Positions 12,185 through 25,400 of a DNA stretch of 64,000 bases are shown here, in pieces; the stretch's first letter is position 1, and every line of letters starts with the position of its first letter. The position numbers and the translations under genes are program-made. This DNA comes from Camelus dromedarius (Eukaryota), in assembly GCF_036321535.1 (NCBI RefSeq), contig NC_087458.1:7626001-7690000 (forward strand), written 5' to 3'. The notes below the pieces were generated by a model that was not told the origin of the DNA, did not search any database, and saw nothing but the letters and a program-made list of their open reading frames with translations.

Positions 12185-12797
12185 TGACTACCACAGTCTT
12201 CCTTGATTCTTCCTTCATGTTTGCCCCTCAGTCTTAAGTGTCCTTTCCTTGTTTGAGTCAGACTGCTCCAGAAACCTCCCAGCTCCACATGTTGAAGAGT
12301 GGCTGGCAGAAGCCTGGTCTCATGGCAAGGGAGAGAACTAGGCCTGCTGAGGAAATGGGGCCACAAACAAGATCTTGCCTTCCACGCCCATCTCTTAGCC
12401 CTCTCATTTCCTGGAACCAGCCCCAAACCAGCCCAACAACACACACACCGAGAGACAAACCCTGTGGAAAAAATAAGTCTATTTCATGCCCTTGAGGGCA
12501 GCCAATCAGTGAGAAGTCCTCTCATTTAGGCCTGTGAGTCTCATTCAAGGGAAATGGGGGGTGGAGGGGCGGGGAAGTAAAAGAGGGGACTCTCCCACTA
12601 CCAATCACTCTGTCCCTGGTCCCTCCTCAGAGTTTGAAGGAAGCTCCACCTGGGTCCACAGGAAGTTGAGGCTGGTCTCTGAAGTTCTGCTGAAAAGCAA
12701 GATGGGAAAAGGGAGCAGCTGGCTGGAAATACTGACCCTCAAACCTGTAGACCAGCAAGGAAAGTCCAGTAATGTTTTTCTGTCTAGTGAGCAAGCC

Positions 12798-15419
12798 TCA
12801 ATTTATGAGCTGGTATTCTGAGTGCCGCTTGTGGCTTAGCAGCAGAAACAGACCTCCTGCCAGCAGCATGAGCCCCGGAGCACCCAGGGCCACTGCCATG
12901 ATGCCCAGGACAAGCGGGGACAAGGCATCCACTGGAGGGGTACCCACACCAAGGAGCACTGACCTAGAGTAAGCAGAGTGAGAAAGGGAGGTAAGTAGGC
13001 TTAGGAGGGAAGGCTGAGAGGCCCAGCCCTCCCCTACTTCACCCTCCCAACCGTCGGCCCATGTCCTGATTCTTACCAGCTGAGGTAGTGTTGGTCCCAA
13101 TAGCCAGGGCCTGTGGAAGCCCCAAATGTCAGATTGAAGGCACAGAAGTTGCTCTGGGGCCCGAAGAAGGCTCGGACAATGGGTGACTGGGGGAGAAGGT
13201 ATGCCAAGGTGGGGTAAAGAGGGGAAACTTGGCAGGACATGGCTGATTCCCGGCTCCCCTGCTTCTGTGAGAAAGCAACTGGTCGCCACTGCATGAAGCC
13301 TGATGGGAGGGAGCCCCATAGCAGCTGGTCCAACTGGGGAGAAAGGCAAACAGGCAGGGTGAGGAGAACCAACAGTGTTGCTCCCCTACCCTTTCCCAGC
13401 CTCTGACAGGAGTTGTCCTGAGTCCTAGGCCTGGGTCTAGAACTCACAGGCTGTTTGCACCTATCTCTTCTCTGCAGAAAGGGGAGCTGAACTGGATGGC
13501 AGAGTCTTTTTCCAGCCTCAACACTCAGCAAACCTGCACTCAGCTCCCTCTTCTGGGCCCCCACACCCTTGCATATCCCACCTGCCAGAGCACTAGTCAT
13601 ACTGGACTGCCTTCTGTCTGGCTTCCCCACTGAGGGCAGAAACGGTGCTAAATTCATCAGCATAGTGCCCAGCACAAAATTGCTGAATAAAGTGCTGCTA
13701 AATCGTAAATGGTTGAATGATTGTCTGTGATCCTAAGGTCCCCCTTTCACCCCCTATCCATCTGTCTCTCTGCTGGAAGCCTAACCTGGAAGACGGCGGG
13801 TGCATATTCATCATCAATGGAGTGCTGCTCCTGCACCGAGGGGCAGTCGGGGCCCTGGCCCAAGGTGGCTACCTCCAGCCCAAACAGGGAGCGGTTTCCC
13901 CGGGGAGAGGCCCCAACCAGCGCCACTTCTAGCTGGCAGGTGTCCGCTGTGTGGAGAAGGCGAGGGGGTTGGACTGGTCGGCCAGATCTGGAGAAGGCCT
14001 GCACCTAGGATGGAGGAGGCAAAGGAGGTGTGGGAAGCAGGTGGATACCTGCATTTGAAGACAACCCCCCATCATTAACTCCCACCCTCATAAACTGGCC
14101 TTTTGAATTCTGATTCTCCATAACCTTACCCTGAAGATCAGGCTGCCATTGGCAAAAGCCCCAGTGGGGTCGTGAATGGGGTGGCCTCGAAATGTAACAC
14201 TCAGGGTGGCAGGATCCAATGAGTCAGTGATGTTGTTCCAGGAGAACTCGGCCAAGGAATATGGAGGATATGACTTTCCTGGAGAATCTGCAGCCGCATC
14301 AGATGTGTTGGTGCTGTCAAACTCAAATAGCTGGTGGGTGGGGGTGGGGAGGGACTGGGTTGCCTGAGTCCAGCTTTCTCCTGAATCACCACCCCCCCCA
14401 TACACTGGACCCCACCCCAGTCTCTCATACCTGACTCTACTTCACCCACTCTGTCTTTAGTTTCTTCCTCTAATTCAGATGAACCCTCTCCTCTACACTC
14501 TTCCCCTTGGTTCTCCCCCAACCTCCTCACCCTGGTAAAGACGAGGGCAGAAGAAAATTGGATGCTGTCCTTGGGGTGTACCATCAGGGCCCCATCAGGA
14601 TCAGAGGAGATCAGGAGGCTCCAGTTGACACTCAGGGTGCTGTAGGGGGTGTTGGTAGCCACCAGCAGCACTGCTGGGGGTCCCAGGCTGCTCCACACAT
14701 AGTGCAGTGTGGAGTTGGTACCCACTGCCCGGACATGAAGCAGGTTCTGGGGGGCATCCAGCCAGTCAGAGATGACCTCCAGAGACACCTGGAAGGAACA
14801 TGAGTAGTGGAGGGTCAAGGGAACCGATTCAGGGAGAGACACAGGGGAAAGATGCTTGGGGACAGGGAGACCGGGCTTCAGAAATGATGAGGAAAGGGTG
14901 GGACCCTGGGGTCTAGGCAAGAGAAATGCTTGTGGGAGCTAAGGAGATCCTGGTGTAAAAGGAGAGGTGGGGTGGAGGAGAGGTGTGTAGAGCCAGAAGT
15001 GCCCTGACCTTGGTGGAGAGATCAGGGCACAGGGCCAAGAGGAAGAAAAAAATCCAACACTTGCCCGGACCTGGCTCACTCAGGGCTAAGTCATGGTCCA
15101 GCTTTCACCGGAAGACAGGATACCCTCACATCTGCCCTGTTCCACAGTCCTGTCCCATGATCCATGGCTGCCCCGACTTTCAGATTGAAGAAACTCTATT
15201 CCATGCAAGCAACCTCTAACACCACCCCTCGGTTGCCTGGGTTCCAAATACCCTTCAAGGGTAGCGTATCCTGAAACACCTACTGCTGTAGCTCCTCACC
15301 TGGCGGGTCTCTTCCCCCAGCAGGCCAAATGGAGCTGTTGTCAGAAGTAGACTCAGGAGGAGCACGGGGCTGGGGGCACAGTGCCCCCAACCCCGGCAGG
15401 GCTCCTCACAGCCACTCAT
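12798..15419 (-). CDS. GLMP: Glycosylated lysosomal membrane protein (C1orf85/NCU-G1): exons 15300-15419, 14531-14788, 14130-14330, 13786-14004, 13077-13333, 12798-12963; 406 aa
   Basis: Signal-peptide exon [26 protein letters not shown], lumenal exons with many NxS/T sites, one TM helix and a C-terminal YQLI (YxxPhi) lysosomal sorting motif. Exons sum to 1221 nt with canonical GT/AG. Confidence 0.96.
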
Positions 15420-15453
15420 GCGGTCCCAGCTCCAGAGGGCGGAAGAAACGCTA

Positions 15454-15463
15454 GTCATGTGAC
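15454..15463. promoter_or_regulatory. CLEAR/M-box element (GTCATGTGAC) in the GLMP promoter
   Basis: One mismatch from the CLEAR consensus GTCACGTGAC, 35 nt upstream of the GLMP ATG. GLMP is a lysosomal gene of the TFEB/MITF network. Confidence 0.75.
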
Positions 15464-16026
15464 TCACAGGTTCAGCTGATCACTTTAAAGGGTGGGGCCA
15501 TCACAACAGTTCTTAAAGAGACCGCCTCCCTTAACCCAGATTTCGGCTTGAGTGAGAATAGAATCAGAAAGGTTAGGAGTTCATCATCCCCCACGGAGCT
15601 GGCAAACAAGACATCCCAGACGGGATTTGCAGACATACTCGCAACCTCTCCTACCCAGCTGGTCCCACTAAACAGTTATCTGTAAGTGGGCATTATGTCT
15701 GGATTCAAGGTCCAAATAGAATCTCTATAAAATGTCTCTGTAGCAGGGAAGGCAGAGAGAGGAATTTGAAGGAATTTGGTAGAAGAGAGCGCGTACCTCA
15801 GGGGGTTCTTTTATTCAATTATTAATATTTATTGAGCCCCCAGGTATACAGGTTCTTGTCCTGGAGGAGCTCACAATTTTATCGTAGAGAAAAGAAACCC
15901 TAGGTAACAGGATATGAAAGCAATATGTATTTGTCAAAGGAGGGAGTTCGAATCTGGATGAATGAAGCACTTTTTCTTGTTCTTTTTTTCTTAAGCCTAA
16001 AATTATTTTGACTAATAGTATATGCA

Positions 16027-16456
16027 TGTTACCGAGTCCAAACTTGTTCTGCTCACTGCAAGACAGGCCAATAAATCGGGAGATGAGGTGTTGGGGCAAG
16101 GAATAAGGACTTTATTCGGAAAGCTGGCAGACCAAGAGGATGACAGGCTAATGTCTTGGAGAATCCTCCTCCACCAGTTAGCACACAGGCTTCTTTTACA
16201 CAAAAAAACAGGGGAGGGGGTGTGGTTGGTTGTTGCAAACTTCTTGGTGTAGGATTCTTTGCTCCTGCAGCTGTCCACCTGGGCCAGCTCTTGGTGCTCC
16301 TGCAAAACCTCCAACAAAACAAATGTTATTCTCTATTCTGCAATTTATCTTTACGTGAGTGCAGAGCTAGCAAGACTAAGCCTAGACAACAGGGCACAGG
16401 ATTAAAGCCAAAGGAACAGATCTAATATGGAGTCAGATTTGTTCCTTTTCTGTTAA
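16027..16456 (-). mobile_element. Solo LTR, ERV1-class
   Basis: The minus strand reads TTAACAGAAAAGGAACAAATCTGACTCC...TGTAAAAG (TATA-like; plus 16193-16200)...AATAAA (plus 16111-16116)...GGACTCGGTAACA. Flanked by a TGCA 4-bp duplication (16023-16026 / 16457-16460). About 430 bp. Confidence 0.8.
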
Positions 16457-16489
16457 TGCATATGATATAAAACTCATAAGGTACCAAAG

Positions 16490-17330
16490 GGTATCACCCC
16501 TTTTCCCCTGCAATCTGGGTCCTTCCTTGAGATAACATTACTATCAGTTTCTCACGTGTCCTTCCTAAAATAGTCTAAGCACACTCAAATATATACACAC
16601 ACAGTACATTATATATATAAAATACCATATAATGGCATCCACTGTTTTGCAGTTTGCTTTTTCACTTATATTTTGGGGACTATTCTCCATTAATGCATTT
16701 GGAACTGTCTCATTCTCCATAGTATTTCATAGCAGGGGGGGTATTCCCTGGATATATTTAGCCAGAACCTTGATAGTTTGCAACACTTTGCCATGGCAAA
16801 CAACACTGAGAGGAATAGCCCTGTGTGTACCGCATTTCATACACATTTGTAACCAAATCTACAGGATAAACACCCAGGGGCAGAACTGATGGTCAAACTG
16901 CCCTCTGAGGTTCATCAATTGACACACCATGTTCGGGGGCTCATTTCTCCCACATCCCTGCAAGTGTTTACCAAACTTAATTACATTTCCCTAGGAACAA
17001 GGTTAAGCATTTCTTTGTTTTAGTCATTTGTTTTTGCTTCTCTGAAGCATTTTTTACTCTTTGCCTATTTTTCTGAGGCCGTCTTCTTGACTGCCAAGTT
17101 CCAAGTTTAAGGAAATTACTCTTGTATTGTTGCAAACATCCTCTATCCCTCATTTGTCTTTTGCAGTGCAAATCTATGTAGTTACCCTATTTTTCTCCAC
17201 TCTGGTATTTTTAAATCTCATGTTTTCTTCTACTATTCTTACGGTTCCACTTTCTTATGTTTAAATCTTGCATGTAATTAATTTTGCTGTAATAAGTGAA
17301 GAAAGGATCCAAATGGCTACTCTAAGATAA
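16490..17330 (-). mobile_element. Old L1 (L1ME-like) antisense fragment
   Basis: T-rich antisense L1 signature (CTCATTTCTCCCACATCCCTGCAAGTG..., AAGCATTTCTTTGTTTTAG...). Confidence 0.5.
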
Positions 17331-18718
17331 AACTTGTTTCCTTAAAAACTTATATTTTCTTCAGAAAAAAACTACTTGCACCCTTTGAGGTCCAACTCTG
17401 AGAGCTGATAAGGGAAAATATAAACAAGGGTCATGGCTGAGTACAGATATGAGTAAACATGAATTCAAGTCCGTCCCCCCCCCCCCGCCGCCAAATACTG
17501 TCATTGGGTTGGGTGGGGGAAAGGATTTAGCTGAATCTAGAAATCTGACAGGAAGGACCATGAGCAAAGTCAAAATGGCAGCAAAATTGTGTTCATGCAA
17601 TCACTTAGGGCTCATGCAAGGCAACAAATTGGATGCTTTTAATCACTATGTTAAATTTAGGCTTTGAACAGCACAAAGGGGCTTCGAAAGCTAGACTGAA
17701 GAGTACTGACTGATCTAATGTGCCAGGAAGAATTTCCATAGGTTCAAGAGACACTACAGGGGCTTAAAGAAAAAAGAGGCACTGATGACAGCAGAGAAGA
17801 CTACTATGTACAGTTACCCAAGTGCTTAACTGTTAGAGCTGAAACCAGAATGGACCTAGAAACATGTAAGGAACAAATGGGAGGATATTCTTCCCCCTCA
17901 TAATCTCTCAGGTCTTGCAGTTTTTCCAAGATCTTTTTATTTACTTGAGAATTAATCCATTATCTTTCTCTAAGGCCTTAAAAGTTGAAGGAATTAATAC
18001 TGTAACTAAAGAGGCAGGGATTTCAGCAAAAGGTAGGTAGGCTTATTCCAGAGCTCCTCGTGGAAGAGAAGCCGAGGACTTAAGACTCGGTTAAGCAGGA
18101 AGCTAAGTATTAGGTAGACAGAGTAAGAGCAGTCTGCAGAGGCCCTTCCCACAGCGCAGCTCAGTTCCAGCAGCAGGGCTGTCAGCACTCAGCTTCCAGA
18201 GCCAGGCTGCCTGCAGTGGAATCCCAGGTCTGCCATTTACCAGCTTTCTGATCCTTGAACCAACCACTTTATTTATGCTTTAGATTCCCCATCATAAAAT
18301 GGGGTTATTACCTATCTTATAGGGTCCTTGATTAACTAACACATGTGAAGTACCCAGAACGTATTCTGTTACACAACAGGCACTGTATGCCAGCTACCAT
18401 TAGTCTACCCAAGATTCAGCTTAGTAAGTCCTGTGGTCAGGGAGATAAAGGGTGACTGCATGAGTCATAAGGACAAAGGGGACAGTGGAAGGCCTAGTAG
18501 CCAAGAGGAAGGACTCTGAAGAAATCAAAGGTTGGCCCCATCTAGCCTCCAGTATTTCTAGGCCACTAAAAGATTTTCTGCCTTGATAAGAACAAAACAA
18601 AGCGCAAATAGCTTTAAATCTTTTGCTTCTAACAGGGAAAGCAGAGGTCCTACTGTGACACAAGCATGGCGGGATAGTAAGCCAGCTAGCCAGAATAGGT
18701 AAGAATCAGGAAGAACAC

Positions 18719-18838
18719 TGGGAGAGGGCAGAGAAAAAGAATTCCAGGTATGACAGGAAGGATTCTATACAAAAATAATGGGAGAGGGCAGAGAAAAAGA
18801 ATTCCAGGTATGATAGGAAGGATTCTATACAAAAATAA
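18719..18838. repeat. 60-bp tandem duplication (2 copies, 1 mismatch)
   Basis: TGGGAGAGGGCAGAGAAAAAGAATTCCAGGTATGA(C/T)AGGAAGGATTCTATACAAAAATAA occurs twice. Confidence 0.95.
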
Positions 18839-19421
18839 AGTACATGTAGATGTTCTATGTTCTTTGGGATAAATGCCTGAACCCTAGCACTTATTGGGTG
18901 TTGATCTATACAAAGCCACATATGAGGAACACCCATGGTTTGGACAGGCTCCTCCTGTTCTTTGGGTGGTGAATGCAAAGTGGTGCTTCCTTAAGCCTTA
19001 CAGTATCATTCTTTGAACTCTTATTAGAGTCTTCCCAACCACTATCTACTGAGAAGTCTGAAGAATACCCCCTGAAGAACGCAAAGATATTTAATGACCT
19101 CATTCCCATCATTCTTCCTTCCCAGGAAGGATTTTTGCTTCCTCCCTCCTTGCCAGGAGGCAGAGAGATGACCCAAGGTTAAAAANNNNNNNNNNNNNNN
19201 NNNNNNNNNNNNNNNNNNNNNNNNNNNNNNNNNNNNNNNNNNNNNNNNNNNNNNNNNNNNNNNNNNNNNNNNNNNNNNNNNNNNNNNNNNNNNNNNNNNN
19301 NNNNNNNNNNNNNNNNNNNNNNNNATCTGATCCCTTCCAAACAAAGACATCCACAGTGTCCCTGGCAGTCTGGCTCAGGGGAGGGGGAGACTCTGTGCGT
19401 TGAGGTCGCCTTGCCCACTGC

Positions 19422-22400
19422 TCACTCCTGGCCAGCATCAGGAGCCCCGCCTTGTCGGCTCTGGTCATCACCCTTCTTTTTGTGGCCTGAGACGATGTCA
19501 TCAATCCGCAGCAGAAGAACCGCAGTCTAGGAGAAAAACCACAGCCCCAAAGCGGTCAGGAAAGAAAGGAAGGACACTTGTTTTCTTTTAGACGTATCAC
19601 CTAGCTCCTCCTACATAATTACCATTTTATCTGAAATCTACCCTTTGAGAGTCTTGAAAGTAAAATGTAGTTCTCCCCAAGCAAGGGATGCAGCTTGTGC
19701 TGGTACCTTGCTTTTTAAATGAGCTAAAGAGAAGTAGGGGGATGGAATTCCTTGAGAGATATTTTGGGGAATAACCCTGCCTTCTATACCCCCCTCCTTA
19801 AGACTGGGCCAAACACGCTATTTTCTGGTTATCTGGAAATAAACAGCAAAGCATATGTCTTATAGAGCCTCACCTCCACTGCTGTCTTATATGTTTGCAG
19901 TTTTACAGCCAACGGTTCCCAGATGCCCAGTTCTTTCATGTCCACCAAAGTACCTGTCTCACCATTTACACCCCAGGTCTCACAATTCTCCTGGGTGTGC
20001 TTGGCCTGTAGTTGAAACAAGCATAAATAGTTAAAGGGGAAAATACTAGGAATAAGTAAGTTGACAGAGACCATTAGGTAAAAATCAAATATACTGGACT
20101 GATAAGGTAGGGAATAGGGGAAATGGCAAAGACAGCAAACAAGTCAAAAATTAAGAATGAAGAATTTTAAGGGAACAAGGTGCAAGGAGAACCTGGAAAG
20201 AGACACAAACCATCCTCTTAGGCCAAACACAGCTTTCTCTACCCCATCAAGANNNNNNNNNNNNNNNNNNNNNNNNNNNNNNNNNNNNNNNNNNNNNNNN
20301 NNNNNNNNNNNNNNNNNNNNNNNNNNNNNNNNNNNNNNNNNNNNNNNNNNNNNNNNNNNNNNNNNNNNNNNNNNNNNNNNNNNNNNNNNNNNNNNNNNNN
20401 NNNNNNNNGTCAAGGCATGAGCCACAGCCATCTCAGAAGCCCCACCCCCTGGCACCAGCTGAGGGTCCAGGAGAACGTTGCGGCACACTTGCATGGCATC
20501 CTGGAGGTTGCGTTCTACTTCCTTGGGAAAGCAAACAGTATAAAACCAGTTTGATGACTCAGAAACAAATCAGAGGCACCAAAGGACTTCCTGACTGCAA
20601 AGTTTGCTAAACCGCAAAGAGGGCCACTAAGAAAGGTCCTTTGAACCTTTTGGGCAGGGCAGACGCTATTTACCCTGGAAAACCACAATAACTATAACTG
20701 CAAGAAGGCCAGGGAATGAGGTGTCACTCTGTATCCATCCAGGCCTTTGTCACTGTGTTTCACGGCAATACCCTTCTATGTCCTAACTGTGTACTTTAGG
20801 AGGCTGCATGGTGTAGTGGAAACTCTACTTTCTAGCTATGTGCCTTTGATATGTTAACTTAACTTCACTGAGGGGAAAAAACATAATACTCATAATTTCA
20901 ACTTGAAAAATAAGGAAGCGGTGGTTGCTAGGAAATTGGGAAATGATGAGTCCTTGTTCAATGGGTACAGTGTCAGTTTTTGGAGATAAAGTTCTGAAGA
21001 TTTGTTACATGAGAATGTGAACACCCTTAACACTGCTGAATTATACACTTAAAAATGGTTAAGTTGGTAAATTTTATGTTTTTAAATTTTTAAACCACAA
21101 TTAAAAATGGAAAGACTTAGATCATTCAGTCACATTTCCAAGGCTGACTCACTGAGAGAATCTCTTTGCTGGCCCCTCGGAGGAGAATGGTGCAGGCCTT
21201 AGGATCTTTGCACTCAGTGATGAATGTGAAGTACTCGTCTCCAATTTTCTTGATTTCCAATAGGCCTGCTCCTGTTCCAACATCTTCTTCTCTCAGTTCC
21301 TCTGATCGGCTGACTATCCGGGCCCCACAGGCTCTATTGATTAGACGGGGAGGAGCAGGACAGGAAGCAGACCAGATGATTTCAGATACTTTTACTCATC
21401 TTCCTAGCCCCTACAGTCTGTGTCAGGGGATAAGGGCAAGGGCAAAGTGGGTCGCTAGTAACATTTCTACCTAACTCGAGAGGTCTTGGCTGCCTGGTGA
21501 AATAGATTTCCAAATACATAGGTGAAATTTCCTTAAATATGGCTTTATAAATGAAATAGTGCTTGTCTAAGACAACTACTATTAACCAGATACAGTTTAA
21601 TTCAAAGTGTATTTAGGGAACCCTAAGATTTGGGTAAATGAGTTCTTATGCATATCTAACATGTATATACCCCATAGTGGTCATTTCTAGACAAAATTCA
21701 TCCTATACTCCCAGTTAGGTCTCAAGATAAATAAAAAGACTGTACTAAAGACAAGGAAAAGGTCAAGCAAGAAAGAGTGTAAGTATGTATCTGACCCAAT
21801 TTTGATAAATGTATGATTAATTCGTTACTTGTCACTCTTTCCCCCCACATATGGGCATGTAGAGTCAACTAAGTGTATGCATTTACGCCCACTGCCATTT
21901 CAGAGCAAGCGTAAGATTCAATTTGGATCTATGACATATTATGTGATGTTAGGGTAGATCTACTATTTAAAAAAATATTAAAAAATGGATGGTATATGAA
22001 CATAGATACACCTGCAGAAATAGTAAATGCAATCTAAAGTTGCATTAACAGCAGCTGAGGATCCAATCAAGTTAACTGTTGGTTCTGCTATACTGAGCTA
22101 GTTAAAACAGACTACTCCATAATGGACCCCTATATCAAGGTAGTGACCACAGATGTCTAACCATAAGCTGTCACTACTTGTTAGGAGCAGTTTAGAAGAG
22201 ACTCATGCAGTAAATAATTGTTACTCTACACAGAGAACTTCTGAAGAGGGCAGACAGCTAAACCCAGGTTAACTCCACCTGTAACTGATTTGACTGTACC
22301 CTATATTAAACTTTTCCAGGTAACAATGACTACATTATGAAGCTCCAGAACAGAAACACATAGGAAGAATCTTATTTTTACCTGGCTTACTCACCTAGCA

Positions 22401-25400
22401 ATGCGATTATTGTCTGTCTTCCGGACTCTGCGGATGGCTGTGATATTGGCCCGCATGAGGTAGTGCTGAGCTAAATCTGAAAGAGTAGAAGTGTCAAGCT
22501 GGAAGCCAGAAACCCTGGGTTCTGAACTGGTTTTATCCTCAATGTGCCCTAACCATCACATGTTCATTATGATCAGTCTATGACAATGTGGGAGGACAAA
22601 AAACACCCACCCTCTTCTACTTCAATAGTAGTCTGGAAAAATGATTAGAATCCTACCTGAGATGCCCTTTTCTGTGATAACCACGTCCGGCTTCAGCAGG
22701 ATAATGTCCTCACAGAGCTGCTGAATGTACTCTTCTTCCATCTGGAGGATTCGAGTAAAGTCTTCTTCTCGCGTGATTTCGATGTCAGTCTGTGCAGTGA
22801 AGAAAAGTCACACTGAATTAAAAATTTTGGACTGACGAAGCTCTTCAGGGTCATCCCAACTACTACGTTCCCTCCCCTCAGCCTTCTCATGTATCCTAGA
22901 AAGCATGAATTAGAATAATCAATGGCCCCATACCTCAATAAGCCAGTTTAGCTCTAGCAATCATTAGTTTAACTCCATTTAATTATAGAGCAACTGGAAA
23001 GCAAAGTCATAATGCAATTAGTGGAGAGTCTGGCTAAGGTCTCTAGCCACTCAGTTCAATGCTACCTCTGATCTACCAGTGTGCTTGGTAATTCAGGGTA
23101 TTAATTCTTCCCAACAATAAATTGATTTTTTGTTTTGTCTTTTTTTTTGTGGGGGCAGGGATTAAGTTTTATTTACTTATGTTTATTATTTATTATTTTC
23201 CAATGGAGGTACTAGGGATTGAACCCAGGACCTTGTGCATGCCAAGCACACTCTCTACCGCTAAGGTACACCCTCCTCCTTAATAAACTGATTCTTATTC
23301 CCAACCTTTGTTTGATAAGCTTCAATTATTTTGTTTTATCCAAAGGTGACAGCCTTCTGAGCTTCCTGCCCTCTGGAAATTCTTCTTTGGCACCTCAAAG
23401 CTCAATTAACTCCTACTCTATGTCCTACTGATGCATTAGGAAAAGTGGCATGATAGTGTGTGTGGAATTGAAGCCACACTAAGCTGGGTTCAAATCCTGA
23501 TCTGGCCAACAGCAGCTGTGTTCCTCAAGCAATAAACCTAACTTCCCTGAGCTGTAGATCCCTCTTTTGTAAAATGGAAGTCAGTATCATCTACTCCCAA
23601 GGGTTGTTGTAAGAATCAGAGATTACATGTAATGATCACAGAGTAGGCATGTAATAAACATCTTTTATTTCCCTTATCCACAGTAACAGATTCTCACATC
23701 AACCTTAAGGAATAGAGCCAAGAAACTTACCTGGCTTTCTCCTTTTTTGTATTCCAGAGAAGAATCCAGCAGCACGATGCGAGGGTTCTTGATATAGCGC
23801 CGCATTCGTGGATGGGTCACATCCTTATTAATCATGACCCCGCGTAAGACACACGAGTCTTCAATGATGCCCCCAGGTATCTGAGCAAAAGATCCACTTT
23901 AATCCACAACCCAAGAGACAGTTTCTCAATTCCCTTCCCAGACATTCATCTTTCCCAAATGACCACCACTTAGTTTCTAAAGTATCTTTTTTCCATGAAC
24001 CTCAAAAACTACATTTGCAATCGTATTTCTTTTCCCCTAGGGAGCACATCAGTCTTAGACCACAAGACACAATTTAAAAGCCAGCTGAGACTCAGAGAAA
24101 TTCAGTAATTGACAAAGATTTAAAAGAGCGCAGACTTCTACTTTCTGAATTTCCCTTCTACTTCCTAAAATTCCCAAGTATAGGCATAGGTCGCCATCTA
24201 GTGGCCACAAGCTATTAATGCTACTTTTAAATTTTAAATTAGTAGAGATGGAGAAAGCTTTCCTGGAGCTTCTTAGCACTATGCTGTAGAGCCCTTGTTT
24301 ATTTTCTGACCAAGTGGCTGATACACATGCAAATACACAAATGTGGACACAACAATAAGCCCTTTTCTTACCCCTATAAACCTTATGTAGGGAGTGAAGC
24401 TAACAATTATTTTAGATACTTCCTTGGTACCCTCTTTTTCAAATTTTTGCATTCCAGGTTAGCAAATATTCTTCCTGGTTCTAACAATAAAGGTATCTTG
24501 CTCTGATTTAAACTAATTTCCTCCAGAAGTGCAGTGTGATGACTCATGCTAGGAAATAATGTGTCTCCAAATCACACACTTGAAGAGTTTACCTTTTCCA
24601 CCCTCGCATATTTCTTGATGTCAATCTCTTTCCGACCATTCTCTTCAAACTGTACAGTTTTGACAGCATCCAGGGCAATGTTGCAAGCCAAAGAAGACCA
24701 CCGACTGAGTACTTTGGTAGTAATGGAGCTGTTGATGATGTTCAGCATCATATCTCGATTACTGGTGTCGACAGGGGTACTGGAGAAAAGAGAAAATGAA
24801 TAATATGCTCAGAGGGATCTTGGATATTTAAGGAAATCCTTCATCTATATCCTGATGACCAGAACAGTGGGCCAATAGGCAGAACTAGGGGAATCTAGTT
24901 CCCAGTCCTTTTGATTTTAATGGAAAACTGCTGGCTACCATCCTTCACAGCACGTTAGGGTACTGACTGAATTAGCTGTGATCATACATGATGGTAGGGT
25001 ATTTTAATATAAGTCCTGAATAAATAATTATCTAACTCCTTAATTTATTTCTCTAAAAATAGAACCAGAATCTAAAACTTCGGAGGGCAGCTCTATTTTA
25101 CTTACTACACATTTCCCACGGCAGTGTCTAACGTGGAAACTAGCAGACTGTAACCAAAATATATTTTGAAGAACTGAACCGAGCTCCTTTTATTTGCCTG
25201 CTTTATATCCTTTGCCGTTTTCCAAACATTTTTATTTATCTCTCTTGTCCTTCCCTTCATTGTGTGCTCCTCTTTGTTTCTCCTTCTCACAAAACAACAC
25301 CAGGCTGTAAACTACTGTGTGTAATGTGCCTGGCCTTCTTTTGCCACCCAATAACAGAGCAGTGTTCCAGGCCTCCCATATTTGACACTACCCACTTTTG

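Noticed and set aside
11899-12444. ORFs spanning N runs (also near 19042-19504 and 20144-20494)
   Set aside because: Artefacts of translating assembly gaps, except the CCT3 exon 12 portion.
16012-16425. Cluster of 76-101 aa ORFs
   Set aside because: All lie within the solo LTR; chance frames.
15500-19180. VHLL retrogene expected from human synteny
   Set aside because: No VHL-like peptide in any listed ORF or in the frames I read; consistent with a primate-restricted insertion.
19660-19800. Two hairpins in CCT3 intron 13 resembling an H/ACA snoRNA (also hairpins near 21810-21960 and 22136-22180)
   Set aside because: No properly placed H box, and the ACA is about 22 nt from the putative pocket rather than 14-16. 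An Infernal/Rfam or snoReport scan would be needed to overturn this.
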